From: Lingula anatina | Lineage: Eukaryota > Animalia > Brachiopoda | Length of the DNA stretch: 64,000 nt | Reading direction: 5' to 3' | NCBI GenBank assembly: GCA_051362555.1 | Contig: CM120648.1 | Coordinates: 15,062,587 to 15,126,586 of the forward strand | Part shown: positions 1 to 12,500 of the stretch, piece after piece | How the letters are laid out: the number at the start of each line of letters is the position of its first letter | Numbering within the stretch: the stretch's first letter is position 1 | Translations under genes and position numbers: made by a program | Notes under the pieces: model-generated | Databases searched by the model: none | What the model saw: the letters and a program-made list of their open reading frames with translations, nothing else | Told to the model about the DNA's origin: nothing

Positions 1-597
1 TCGTTATCAGATCAGTCGAAATGAAAACACGATTAGTCGTCGTCGTTATCAGATCAGAAGGCAAAATACGACTAGTATAGTCATCAAAACGCGATTTGAC
101 GCCAGATAGCGCCCATTGTACGAAAATCTAGGCCAAGTCACATGATCCACAGTGATCAAAATGGCGGACGTTATTGAAGCAGCATTATCATATTCCTCGC
201 TCGAACTCGAGAATTATCTCGAGTTCGAGATATTATTATATATATAATATCATTATTAGATTGTACGCGTAGAGATAATTCTCGAGTTCGAGCGAGGAAT
301 ATGATAATGCTGCTTCAATAACGTCCGCCATTTTGATCACTGTGGATCATGTGACTTGGCCTAGATTTTCGTGCAATGGGCGCCATCTGGCGTCAAATCG
401 CGTTTTGATGACTAGTTGCGTTTTGATGACTATACTAGTCGTATTTTGCCTTCTGATCTGATAACGACGACGACTAATCGTGTTTTCATTTCGACTGATC
501 TGATAATGACGACGACGACTAATCGTGTTTTCATTTCGACTGATCTGATAACGATGACGACTAATCGTGTTTTGAATTTTTGTATAAACCGCCGCCC
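1..597. mobile_element. Foldback/palindromic non-autonomous DNA element (left end outside the window)
   Basis: 1-220 is the near-perfect reverse complement of 272-~505 around a ~50-bp AT-rich spacer. There are three ~42-45-bp subterminal repeats (ctgatctgataacgacgacgactaatcgtgtttt), and the apparent terminus is ...TATAAACCGCCGCCC at 597. Confidence 0.7.
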
Positions 598-816
598 ATA
601 GAAAGGCCGTTGCTATTTTTACGTGACCCTAAACCGACTTCACTAAAGTATTTTATGTGACGACCCGACTTCTTGTAGCGTATGTTCATTCACATTGTTT
701 AGGTACTAGTATTTGTTTTTCAAATACTGTATTTAGGTAAGATTGTTGTGAACGTTTAGATATACACAATATGGTTGAAATCACAAAACAAAATACCTCC
801 AAACATCTAACTTTAA

Positions 817-1186
817 AGGTACATACGAACCGAGCATCGGTGGATAGTGGATTCCCAGTAACACATGTAAACCACTTCTACTAGATTCTTATTTGACTCA
901 AATAAATTCGACATGCCAAGGGATAAACTGAATAGATCACAGCCATAAAAGACCTTTAGACTGCTCCTTTCCTTAAATTTATGGTTGTAAATTTAACCTA
1001 CTTCCGTAACCTACTTTCCTGCCCCATTGACATACAGCTTAGAATGCCAGCAGAAAAATCTGTTCAAACATCATTTTCGGGTAAAATTTAACAGTGCCTT
1101 TTGGTAATTCTCTTAGTTATACTATTTGAAACTATATGCTGGCATTTGGTTGGTTTTTGTGACAAAAATTGACTTTGTATGCAACT
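817..1186 (+). mobile_element. ~370-bp TTAA-flanked MITE (Kolobok-like), copy 1
   Basis: TTAA at 813-816 and 1187-1190; termini AGGTACATAC...GTATGCAACT; near-identical copies at 32596-32967 and 35522-35898. Confidence 0.85.
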
Positions 1187-1399
1187 TTAACTAAAGAGCA
1201 AAGTTATAAGTAGACAGACGAAAGTATACACTGGTGCGTGTGATCATGGGACACATGAGGGGCAAAACACAACCATGATTATTGTCATATACTAACGTAA
1301 GAAACAACTGTTAATGGAGTTCAATTTAAAATCTACCTTTACCTTTGTATTTGTCCTTTTAGCTTTAAAAAATAATAAACCAAATATTTAATCTGAGAC

Positions 1400-2290
1400 A
1401 AGACGGACTATCTAAAGCTCTTTTGTAAGCAATTTGGTTATAGACTCGCACTTCGGCAACTATTAAACCTCGGTCACAACCGGCCCTACGGGCTCTTACG
1501 GCCTGTTTGCGTCGAAATTTTGCGCAGAATCCCATGTGCCGTGCAAGTCCCTCTTCCGAAATTTGGAGCTCGCAGAGAGCCCTTAACCACGCACGGAGGA
1601 TATTGGACATGTTCAAAAGATTCTACGAATAATCTGCGAACAACGAGGCTTCATACGTAACTTGATCCACTGGCAAGAATTTTGCGAGAAGTATGCAAGT
1701 GAGACGTGCGTGGACCAAGACGCACGTCGTAAACAATGGAGGAGCAAATGCCCTGTGCGTGTTGAGTAGGACACACGCCCTCACAGCTAACGAACAAAGT
1801 CGAAAGCAAGGCTGAAGTGCGTCGCCCCCCCACGCCAGGAGTATAAAAGGAGTGCTCACGATGCACGCTCCTGTCTCGTCGCTTGTTCCTCGTGTACAAT
1901 ATTTCAAAAATGTCGAATTTTGCTCCAGTCAGCTTCTAATATGCCTCCGAAAGGCAAGAGAACGAAGCTAAGAGAACAGAAAAGAAGGAGGGACAAGAAT
2001 GAAGGGGGACAGGAGGCAAAGATGACGTACGCGGTCAGTACGTCAATAGAAGCGTTTGAGGAAAGTGTGAAGCAAAAGAAAATTGCTTTCGCCGTGCGTA
2101 GCATTCTCTTCATAGATGGTGAGTGCGTGCCACGTACGCAGGTAGCAAGACAAACTGAAGAAATGAGTACATCACACCTTGCAATTAGCGTCCCTGCTTC
2201 TCACGTGGACCCTGCGACTCGCAAGGCATACTTACGCCTTTCCATTGCAAACCTTCCTCTATTCGTGTGCCCGGTTGTGACCGAGGCTTA
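1400..2290 (-). pseudogene. Heavily decayed Tc1/mariner transposase relic
   Basis: Minus-strand pieces resemble Tc1 motifs in the correct order (EADWSKI ~ xDWSKV; ILLAWG ~ MVWG; NLLNMSNILR ~ NPIENxWxILK). It aligns at the DNA level with 3990-4650 and 2430-2640 in inverted orientation. Confidence 0.45.
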
Positions 2291-2429
2291 AGGGTAACGG
2301 CTACTGCTGGTCTCATACCATCCTCCAGTTAGTATTTTCCCCCTAAATTCTTGAACCGATTCATTTTGGGGGGCAATTAAAGAACAAAAATGGATTTCAA
2401 GACCGTGCTTTCCCTACGTGTTTTGGGTA

Positions 2430-3060
2430 CAGTGAGGCCGTGGAGTTCGTAGAGGTAGAAGAGAGTTTGCAGTGGAAAGGCGCAAGTCTGCCTTGCGTGT
2501 CCGAGGGGCCACGTGAGATGTCCTTTCAACGGGACGCTTATTGCCAAGTACAATGGCAGTGGAAATTGCACTCATTTCTTGAGTTAGTTTTGTCACCTGC
2601 GTATGTATCATGCACTCACCACTTACGAAAATAATTCAGCGCAATTCAACATATGGGTTTCTACGTCTGGTGTACGACCAAAAAATTGGGGAAAGCGTGG
2701 GATTTCGTGCGTGATGAGCACTTCCATCTTGACACTTTTGGAGGTCGCAGACAGCACGTAGAATTTTTTTCGACATGATCAACAGCCGCTGCGTGCGGTC
2801 CACGAATTCTCAGAAATATGGAAAAAATTCCGACACTGTCGTGCGCCTGTCGTACGGAACACACTGGGCTTGGGTGGCTACGGTGCGTGCGGTTCACGTT
2901 GGTAAGGCGCTCGATACACGTACTTATTTCTTGCTTAATGCGTGCTCACTCTGCACTTCCGCACGCCCACCATGTGGACCTCACGGGCTTCGTGCATGTT
3001 GAGCGGGTAGTGGTCAGTCCATGCACACGGACCGCGAGTTTAAAAGAAGATGCATGAACG
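2430..3060 (+). pseudogene. Decayed Tc1-like transposase relic
   Basis: 2430-2640 is an inverted homolog of ~2110-2260. The + frame reads AWDFVRDEHFHLDTFGGRRQHV, similar to the Tc1 'W..VxFSDESRFxL...DGRxxV' motif. Confidence 0.45.
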
Positions 3061-3989
3061 AAAAAGCACTATATCTGCCTTTGATGTCAAGTTTTTGAAA
3101 TGCCTAAAAAGACAACAAAGAGCAAGAGGGGGAAAGGGGGCAAGCCAGGGCCCCGTATCTCGAAAGCAACGCTTATTGCGAGCGGTCGCAAGCATGGCGA
3201 TTCCTCCCCAGCAGGCATAGTGACATTGGAACAACGTTGAAAACAGAATGGGACGTTAAATCGCCGTTGATCTACCTCAATTCAACGTCAAATCAATGTT
3301 GATCCAGCCACATCAAAAAGCCGTCGTGATAATGTGACGTTGACTCACGTTGTTGTTGGGTTGTTGTGATGCAAGACATGGGTCGTAATTTAGAATATTA
3401 ATTATTGAGAACGTGATACTATGTTTATCAATACTGTAACGAACTTTATCAAATATAAAAACGGTGCTTTAAAGTAAAAGCGACAGTTGTTTTGTGTTTT
3501 TAGTGAACTAGTGAATTTTCATAACTTGTTATTTAGAAATACATTCCATAAACTCCCTCGCAAGGCCATATAACACAAGGATGATTAAATTGCTGTAAAT
3601 GTGATGGAGTGCTGTTAACAATGTTGACAGTTCAATACATCCTGTTACAGATAGATAGACAGGTTGGGTCGCCCTCCAATATCTCGGAAGCCTAGCGAAG
3701 TCATGGTGAAAAATTGCGTCATGGTGAAAAAAGTAGTGTTCTGTCTCACAATAATAGACATTGAGGAAGGCCACGGAGCGACCGAATGCTTTATTTCTGG
3801 TTTTTCATTTTGTGTAGAAAATGACACTTTTAAATTTATGATTATTATAAATAGACTACACAGATGAATCATATTTATAAAAAAATAAAAAAATAATGTA
3901 TGATGAATGTTTAATTTTAGAATTTTTATGCACAATAAAAAATGACTTTAGCATTCTTCACGTGAATATTTACCGCAATGGAAGTCTGT

Positions 3990-4760
3990 TTTTAGAGTCG
4001 AAGGAGCCATGCGAGATGCCTTTCATCAGGGATGCTAATTGAAGGCTGCGATGTCCGGCGAAATTGTACACATTTCTTGAGTTTGTTTTGGTTTTGCTAC
4101 ATGCGTGCATGGCGCGCACCCACCACTTATAAAGAGAATGCAACGAGCGGCGAAAGTAGTGCCCTTTTGCGTAACATTGCTTCACACTTGCCTCACACGC
4201 TTGTGATGACGTACTGACGGCGAACGTCGGGTTTGCCCCTTGTTCTCCCCTTCTCTTTTCTCCCTCATCTCTTCTTTTCTGCTCTCTAAGCTTCTTTCTC
4301 TTGCCTTTTGTAGGCATATACGAAGATAAATTGAGCAAAATTCAAATTTTTTAAAATTGCTGTTCACGTCGACGTTCATTGTGGAGATACGAGCTTGCGC
4401 TGTGAGCACGCCTTTAAAAATCCAGGCGTGGGGGTGTCGCACGTGCGACGTATTCCCGGTGTGCTTTCGACTTTGTTCGTCAGCCAAGAGGGCGGGCTCC
4501 GTACTCAACACGCAAAGGGCCCTTGCCCCTTCATTGTTCGCGATGTGCGTCTTGGAGCACGCACGACTTACTTGCAAACTCCTTAAGAACTCCTTGCAAA
4601 GGGAGCAAGTTACGTCTGTGGTCTCGCTATTCGCAGATTATTACTTGCAAAGAAATTGCAAGTCTATTGTTCGTCCGGCCAGATTCGGCCCAGGCAGGCA
4701 GTATATGGTTGTGCGGGTAGGCTGCCACGTTATATGGCTTGTGTGCCCGTGACATGCATG
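3990..4760 (+). pseudogene. Decayed Tc1-like transposase relic, inverted paralog of 1620-2210
   Basis: ORF 4357-4752 (STPLKIQAWGC...CFRLCS...HARLTC...SLFADY) aligns with ORF 1623-1907(-), with one in-frame indel. Confidence 0.45.
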
Positions 4761-4935
4761 GTTAAAACGGAAGACGCAGTGTCATTATACAAAATACTTC
4801 AGGAACAGGGAGCAAAAGGTAACATTATGAATTAAATAAGTTATGTAAATTATGTCTGCAGGTCGGACATATATATATGCCATGTGCTACCTAATTTACC
4901 ATCTTTTTTTTATAGGAAGGTGACGTTTGTTGTAT

Positions 4936-4964
4936 CAAGGAGTTATATCTGTTATAACTCCTTG
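4936..4964. mobile_element. 29-bp excision footprint or fully collapsed copy of the P-like element at 27135-31483
   Basis: CAAGGAGTTATA + TCTGTTATAACTCCTTG equal the first 12 and last 17 nt of that element's TIRs. A 7-bp duplication GTTGTAT flanks it (4929-4935, 4965-4971). Confidence 0.85.
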
Positions 4965-6308
4965 GTTGTATCATCATGCACTTAGGATTTGATCAAGGCT
5001 GTCTAAATCCCTATGCGTTGGAAACTGCATACTTTCAACACAGGAAGTAGTAATTCAAGTAAATCATACAGTAAATCAGGCATATGTTACATGTAAGCAC
5101 ATCCAATCTTAAGCAATACTACCATCAACACAATTCTGAAATTCTCCAAATCTTTGTCTTATATTTTATTGAAATGTATACATTGCTTTAAATTCACCCG
5201 AATGAAATATATTATATTTTATTTTCATTTATCGCCATGAAACTTACTGGGTAATTGTATTACATTCTTTCAAAAAATATCTTAACATAGCTTATTGCCA
5301 AGTGGTGTGGCGGTGCAGATGTTTTTGGGGAAAAGAATGCAGCCCCCCCCACCTGTTTGTGCAGTGATTAAGATTACAGCATGCTTACATCAAGTGGATA
5401 TCACACAGAGTTAAAATTGCCTGACTTGGATTTACTTCTATTTTTTCCCTCTTATTATGCACGAGGACTGAAGGGACGTAGAGTTGATCTTGTATAAAGA
5501 AATGGCAAATCATCAAAGAATAAAAAATATGTATATATATGCACATTTATCACAAGTGTCAGATATAAATCTTCATAGTAAAAGCTTGTCCAGCTTTTCC
5601 ATTATATTAATTCAGTTTTATTTTCCCACACTACTATTATGGGATAAGATAAAAAAAAGTTCAAATTGAATTTATATGATTATCTCACAGTACACTTTAT
5701 TATACACATAATATTTGCCAGTTTATTGCACAATGATTTTAGACTACATGACATATGAATTAAGGGATGAGCCCTGAGTTTCACATAGTACAAATACATG
5801 TACATATAAAATATTCACCTCTTAAAAATGTCTTCATGTTTTGCTTTCATATATTGAAGTGCGTCCAAGATTAAATATGAACATAATCTCTCCATCTGGT
5901 GCCTCTGTGGACCCTATAACATTATGGTTCAAAGACAAACATACATAGAAATTTTCAAAGCTTTCAATAGAGTTGCCCTTCACTTGATAAATCGAGACAG
6001 TCTCACAAAATTGTTGTCTCCTGTACTGTGCTGTCAAAGGGGGTGGGGCTATTCCACCAGAGATATGTCACTGAATTTTCTTCAGCGGTCTTGACCACAC
6101 ACATCAGCAGTCAGTGAACAAAACCTTAAACGATGTATTTTTAAGTAATTAAAATAATTGAAAGTTTTTCAGATCCGTTATAATGGACTCAATTCAAAGT
6201 AAATCCTGACCAAGTGCTGCTGACGAGATTTGTCAGAGGCATATATGATGTGACCAGAATATCATGCATGTGACATATTGCATTTCTGTCTGTTTGGACA
6301 TCTATGGC

Positions 6309-6346
<38 letters not shown>
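6309..6346. repeat. (AAT)n microsatellite
   Basis: Direct reading; it abuts the start of the Helentron-like element. Confidence 0.95.
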
Positions 6347-6347
<1 letters not shown>

Positions 6348-8030
6348 TAGAAGATCTGAGAGGCGATACTGAGTCCGGATATTGCACCACCAGCTGGAGT
6401 AAGCGCATTCGTATGACCCCCCCCCCATAAAAAAAGGTCACTACCACCAGTCTTGTGCTTGACAAGCTCTATAAAATGCAATCAACAAGAGTTCTCAAAA
6501 TATGCAAAAAATATAACTAAAAAGGTACAATCAAGCAGATTATTGAATTGACCTGCATTTTCCTACCATTGATCACTCCTGAGATTCTCTAGACAAAAGG
6601 CCTATTGGTTTTCCTTGAAATGTGTTGTAAGTGGAGTATATATGCTGACAAAAGAGAAAACATAAACACATCTCTGCTTGTTTTGAAAATATGAGCGGCA
6701 AGAAAAACATTTAAAGCTCTGTTCATGGTGGAAAAGTAGGTCAAAGGTCAATTTCAATATCATAGTATGTAAATGTCTATACGAGTTCAATAGAAATCAT
6801 AAGCATTTCTTTGCAAATTTTGCAGATTAAAGGCCAGAAAACATGCAAAAAGCAATTCATCATAAAAGTAGGTCAGAAGTCAATTTCAAGGTCACACTTA
6901 GATTGGCAGTGTATTACTTCTTATTCAAGTTCAATAGTAACTATGGACCTATCTCTGCCTGTTTTGGAATAAAAAGGAACGAAAATTTGCAAAGTTCAGT
7001 TCATGGTAAAAAGTAGGTCAAAGGTCAATTTTAAGATCACAGTAAATTGTCATTATATGACTTTCTATTCAAGTTCAAAAGTAACTATGGACCTATCTCT
7101 ACCAGTTTTGGAGATAAAAGGGAACCAAAATTTGCAAAGCTCAATTCATGATGAAAAGTAGGTCAAAGGTCAATTCAAAATAAAGAAAAGGTCATTTTGG
7201 TTGAAATTCTTGAAATAAGAGGTGCTCAGAAGTTCCAGATGTTCAAATTTAATGAAATAATGTGATTTTTGACCAGAGGTTGTCTGCCTCGCCAAGCCTT
7301 ACGTTTTATTTTTCCGGGGCTCAAAATTTATTATCCATTACCGTACTGCACATTTTGCTATCACTAACCATATGTACTTTTTGATACAGCGTAATCTGCA
7401 TATGCAAAAAAGAATGGGTCTCTAGCATTAACGGTTCCTGAATTAGAGACAGTATTCATTTTTGGTATCTTATGGCAGCTACTCCCGTGAAAATGCACCG
7501 ATTGACCCAAAATTCACGGAGATGAAAGATGACCTGAAGGGTAACACTTGCCAATAATATTATTGGTTAAGTCTGTGTAGTTTTTGAATATCAGCGCAAA
7601 TAATTTTTTTTCGTAAAAAATTCGTTTTTTTGAAAATTTTGGCCCGTTTGACCTTTAAATAAAGGTCAAAGGTCAAATCCAAGGGCACATTTGAAATCTC
7701 CACATATGACTTTCGGTCAGCCGTACGTCTGTTGAAATTTCTCCCATAATTCCTTCCGTAGGGTAGATAATTAGCATTTAATTTTGCCATTTTTGGACAA
7801 GGGTGCATTGCAATGAGTGCCACACCTAGGCCCCCAGCACCGACAAAGCCCAAATTTTACGTGGAACGAGTTGAGATTATAGGTGACCTAAATCCAAGAG
7901 ATGAATACGGATGCCCTTACCGTCTAGGAGGAGAAGCGGTAACAGTAACATGGCGGCGGATCCGGCGGAACGATCCTGACGGGACTATAAACCATGTGTA
8001 CCGCCAGCGCCCACGCTGGTGGTACAATAA
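6345..8030 (+). mobile_element. Helentron/Helitron2-like non-autonomous element with internal ~145-bp satellite, copy 1
   Basis: Subterminal IR ATTGCACCACCAGC pairs with GCTGGTGGTACAAT. 3' hairpin GTACCGCCAGCG-ccca-CGCTGGTGGTAC is followed by AATAA. Tandem monomers at ~6720-7175; second copy at 27013-36815. Confidence 0.7.
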
Positions 8031-8439
8031 TATTTATAATCAATACAAATATCAATTATCATAAATTTGAGTACACAAAATGAAATAATATGTAATGAAG
8101 CTATCCCACCTTAACATTGAAGTTTAGGCTTAGACTAACAGCAACTGATTTTGGCACCTTCATTCCCTTCAGCTGGGTCCAACTTGTTACTGGTATCTGG
8201 AAATATAAGAACGACATTCTACGTATATGTGGACAGACTACTTAACACAATTCAAATCTTTTCTATTTTAAAAATTACACTCGCACACAGAAGTAATCTA
8301 TAGGTAAGGTAAAAAGAAAACCTGAACAAGTGATTTAAAAAATCTCCACAGCTTCTGCCCTTAACTCGTATACTGAATGTCATCAGTTAGTTTCAAATCA
8401 TATAAACTTATCATAAATATAAAAGTAATGGAAGTACTT

Positions 8440-8790
8440 ACATGTATGGAAGACTTTGCATTCTCATTACAATCTATGATACCTTGTGCCTCTGTATGAT
8501 GAATATCTTGGTATGCAGGCGAGTGGTCGTAACTATCTCTGTTAGCAAAATTTTAAATTTCTTCTTTTTCAGTGTTTTTCAATAGTCGTTACTATAGCGC
8601 GAAGCCTTAAATTGTCTTCGACGGCAAATCAAAATCTTTACGTGGCACGCGATAAAATTGATCCATTGTCTTCTCAATTTCTATTTTTACCCGAAAGAAA
8701 TGAAACAAAACTTCGTCAACAGAGCTATTAGAACTGTTGCCTCCATGCACCACACAATAGCGTCCTTTGCCTATCTTCAACTTGTTTCAG
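8440..8790 (-). pseudogene. Degraded THAP-domain exon of a DNA transposon (possibly Kolobok)
   Basis: Minus strand reads KGRYCVVHG...VLFHFF, then frameshifted RRQWINF / RVPRKDFDLP. A GTAAGT donor lies at ~8436-8441, and exon-like remnants occur at ~8110-8197 and ~5820-6125. Confidence 0.4.
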
Positions 8791-9427
8791 TTAGAATGAT
8801 GAGAAATACAACTCGCTTTTAGCTTCCCAACTATTCAGCAGCATGGCGGTGAAACGGGTATACCAAATACATTACGTCATTTCCGCTTCAGTAAGTGTTA
8901 TGCAGTAGCGTTCAGGTGAGTCGTTTTGCATTATCGTCAATTACACCGCATCAGGCTATCGCTCGGAAACGGGATTCCAGGGACTCGAATATTTAAAAAT
9001 TACTCTGTCGGACTACATAAAAAACGGTTCCATTTCTGTCCTGCTTTAACTAATTAACCCTGCGCATACGTTACGGAACATACACATTTTTTCACATAAG
9101 CATAGATTACGAAAATCGGTCTAAGGCCATGTAAGAAGAACTATCGTGAAGATAAAATGCATTACATTAATCTAGTACATAAATCCGGTGGATCCAAGAC
9201 TTTGTTAAATGGGGTATTAAAATTGACAAGTAAACCATTTTTTTAAACATGATGTAGAGCACAGGGTTGGAAAGACTACTTGGCTTGGTCTCGTTTTGAT
9301 CATTACATATTATCAGGGAGGTAACGGCAAAAAATGTATTAGCATTTTTAACTGTTATTATAATAACCTTCATGCGATTTCAACGCAATAATGATGATTT
9401 TTAAATAACCTCTTTGAAGATCCTTAC

Positions 9428-9588
9428 TTCAGTATACCCGGAGCATTCTTATCTGGGATACCATCAAAGTTTCCACATATTCCTTTCATTTCTTTTTTTT
9501 TAAAGGCCGGAGGAACACTGACTTTTACATTCAGCCCGTAATACGGATCATCAGATACTCTTACCCAGGCACCAGATGGTAAATTTAT
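9428..9588 (-). CDS. VWDE: VWDE-like gene B exon 9 (VWD C-terminal part)
   Basis: ttttcag|INLPSGAWVRVSDDPYYGLNVKVSVPPAFKKKEMKGICGNFDGIPDKNAPGIL|gtaagg. Confidence 0.9.
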
Positions 9589-12500
9589 CTGAAAAAAGTA
9601 AAGGCTACAGATATAATTGAGATTCAGGTATCGCGCCTTGTTTTCGTCAAGTAGGAGTCGTAAGAGTACAGCTGTATGGCGAAAGGTGTAGCCGGTGAGA
9701 AAATCGAATAATTTTAGATACTTCTTAGTATATAACCACTTCACAGGATACGAGTTACTACTTCATGATAGAAGACGACTTCATTGGTTAAAAAAGGACC
9801 CTTAGGCGACTTCATAGTATATTACCAAAGCATGGGACATTGTATCCAAACATGTTTCAGTTCTGGTTGGATGTGGAAATTAGGCGTAATATAAAGGTCG
9901 ATATGATGTTTCACTTTAGACCATTGAAGGTAGAGAACTGTACTATGCAGAGAGGTTTTAATTTTGCTCTACATTAGTTGAATATTAATATCTTTAACAA
10001 ACCGTCTATTCCATTATTCGTGTCATAAAAGTATCTCTTATGTAACTATGACATGAATGTTATGACTTGAAATAACAAGCTGTCAAAATAAGCTTTTCTA
10101 TTGATATGCAACATAATATTTCGAGAATATCTCCGTTGTTTAAAAAGATAGACCCCCTGGACTATATACTTGATGAAAACGTTTAAGGTCGGAAAGTCTG
10201 AAATCTGAATGATTTGAAACGGTCAACTGTCCAGATAGATGTCGGGGAGAATGGAATGCTGGGGATTCATTTTGCAACGCATTTTGCAACCAGAGTTTTT
10301 TCTTATTCACTAAACAGTGTGAAGTTTTATAGAGGTAGAATTGGAATGAGGACGGGGTTGTCTCGGCTAGGTACGCTGACATTGTAATTCTTGTTATCTA
10401 CCCTTGGTCAAGCTTTCCCGTGGGGTGGACAATTACATTTCACATTGCTACTTCCTAGACGTCGGGGATTAATAAACCTATCGTTAGGGATTTACAAAGG
10501 CTCTTCGGAATTTAATTGTGTCTTGGGGTGTGGTCGACCCTGGGGATGGTCTGTTCTAATTTTTACAACATATTTTATGCTAGGAACATGAAACTTGGCT
10601 ACATACCATTTTGGATGTGGAAGGACATTTCATTTTTTGGTGTGGTCCTGGCCCCCGTTTCACAAAAAAAAAAAAAAAAACTTAAGTCGGTTTCCCTGAC
10701 TAAGAACTTGGTTACCAACGTAATTAAGTCATTACGTCACTATGTCCCCTTTCACAAAGAATCTAAAAGGTCGCTTACGTCGTTTTTTTCTTAGCTGCTA
10801 GTCGGCGATGTCTAGCCTCCTTAAGTCGACTTAAGTCGGCAAGCTCAACTAAAACTCGGTAAATGAGAGCATAAACAACACAAATTTGGAAAGAACATAC
10901 CTCCTTCAAGATATTGTGTTATTATGTCCTTGAATAGCACTGACATTTATGGAATATTGAAAAAAAAATGCCACTTCACCCAGCCGTTTGTTTATGTTTT
11001 TGGCCGCTAGACGTCCGTCAGCAGTGTTCCACGATAAGCCAATGTTTAACTGTTACTTTAAAGTTGTATTGAAGTTAAACTAATAAATTAAGTTCAAAAA
11101 CAAACTTTGTTTGTGTTTTGGTTGATTTTTATTGTTGATAAACGATCGTTCTCGGCCGAAAGAGGCCATAAACGTCATGTCTCGTGAAACTTTTGAAATT
11201 TTACACCTCCTTTTCTTGAAGAGTTTCTCGTGCGCGTCGACTACGGTAAGCACACCAAGCTACGGCTTTAGGTTCTTTGTGAAACACCCCTAGTCGATGG
11301 CAGCGTAGTCGACCTAGCTAGGCCATTTAGCTCGAGCTAGTCAACTAGGGATTTAAGATTCTTTGTGAAACGGGGGTCTGGAGGCGGTTGAGTCTAACTG
11401 ACATTGTAATTCTTGCTATCTACCCTTAGACCAAGTTGGGAACGTAAGGCTATGGGGATTGAAAAACCTGTCTTTGGGGATGTGTATGGGTCCTTCTGGT
11501 TTTTTTTTGACATTGGGTGTGGTCGTCCCTGTGGAGGTTGATTTTCAATTTTACATCGTTATTCGTGCTTCTACCCATATGCCATTACAGTTAGGAACAT
11601 GAAACCTTCCAGGCTGATAAGCTTACCATTACCGGGAATGTTGGTATGATATTTCAGGTGTTTCTTTTCCGGGGGTGGTCGATTCTATTTTTCACATCGT
11701 TATTTCTGTCATCTATACCCTTAAATTTTAAGGAACATGAAACGTAGGAGATTTTTAATGAATGTGCATGAGTCATTGAGAAATGTACAGAACAGCAGAA
11801 GCACATACAGAACTAAATGGACTTCCAGCCATATGCATGAATATAGATCAGGGAATCCAATTAAAAACTAATTCAAGGCCCCACACACTTAGGAACCTTA
11901 GCGTTCAACTTCTGTGTGTCTTAACACAATACAAAAATGTTTATTACCCAAGAGTAGGAATTAACATGAGTATTTTATGTTAAAGAACAATGGGACTTGG
12001 ACCTATGGACCTAGGATTCCTGAGAGTATGGGGTCTTGAATGGATTTATATTAATTTGACCTACATGTATATTCAAGAATACGACTGAAGATCTGTTATT
12101 AAAGGGATAATAACTCTTCGTTTCGTGCCAAAATGAATTTTCCTGGAGTAAACAACATTTTCCCATACTTACCAATGGTTAATGAATCCATTTTTACATT
12201 CAAAGTTAGTCCCTGTTTCTTTTTCTTAAAGGTTTGGTTTTTGTTCAAACCTCTTAAGAGATCTAAACAGTGTATAGCCATCAATGGAGGTCACGTTGTC
12301 TAGAGACAAGCTAAGACATCAGAATATAACTGCCGTTTTAGTGGTAAAACAGAACAAATTATATTTCTATGAGCTATTCACAATATTTTTATTGTGAATA
12401 CCCCTGGTTTCTGAATCTGACAGTCTGCTTTGAAATACAGGGTCCTTCTGGACCCTGAATAATGTTAATATAGAGAGTCCCCCGGACTCTCTGTTATACC

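Noticed and set aside
440-575. 42-45-bp direct repeats as a CRISPR-like array
   Set aside because: No unique spacers and a eukaryotic context; they are subterminal repeats of the foldback element.
1920-2291. Paralogous ORFs starting MPPKGKRTKLREQKRR and MPTKGKRKKLREQKRR (also 3970-4338) as a novel basic protein family
   Set aside because: The copies fall out of frame with each other, and the opposite strand carries Tc1-like motifs; they are likely antisense shadows.
8108-8197. AG/GT-bounded block as the next exon of gene B
   Set aside because: Joined in the required phase 2 it hits TAA after two codons, and it shows no VWDE similarity.
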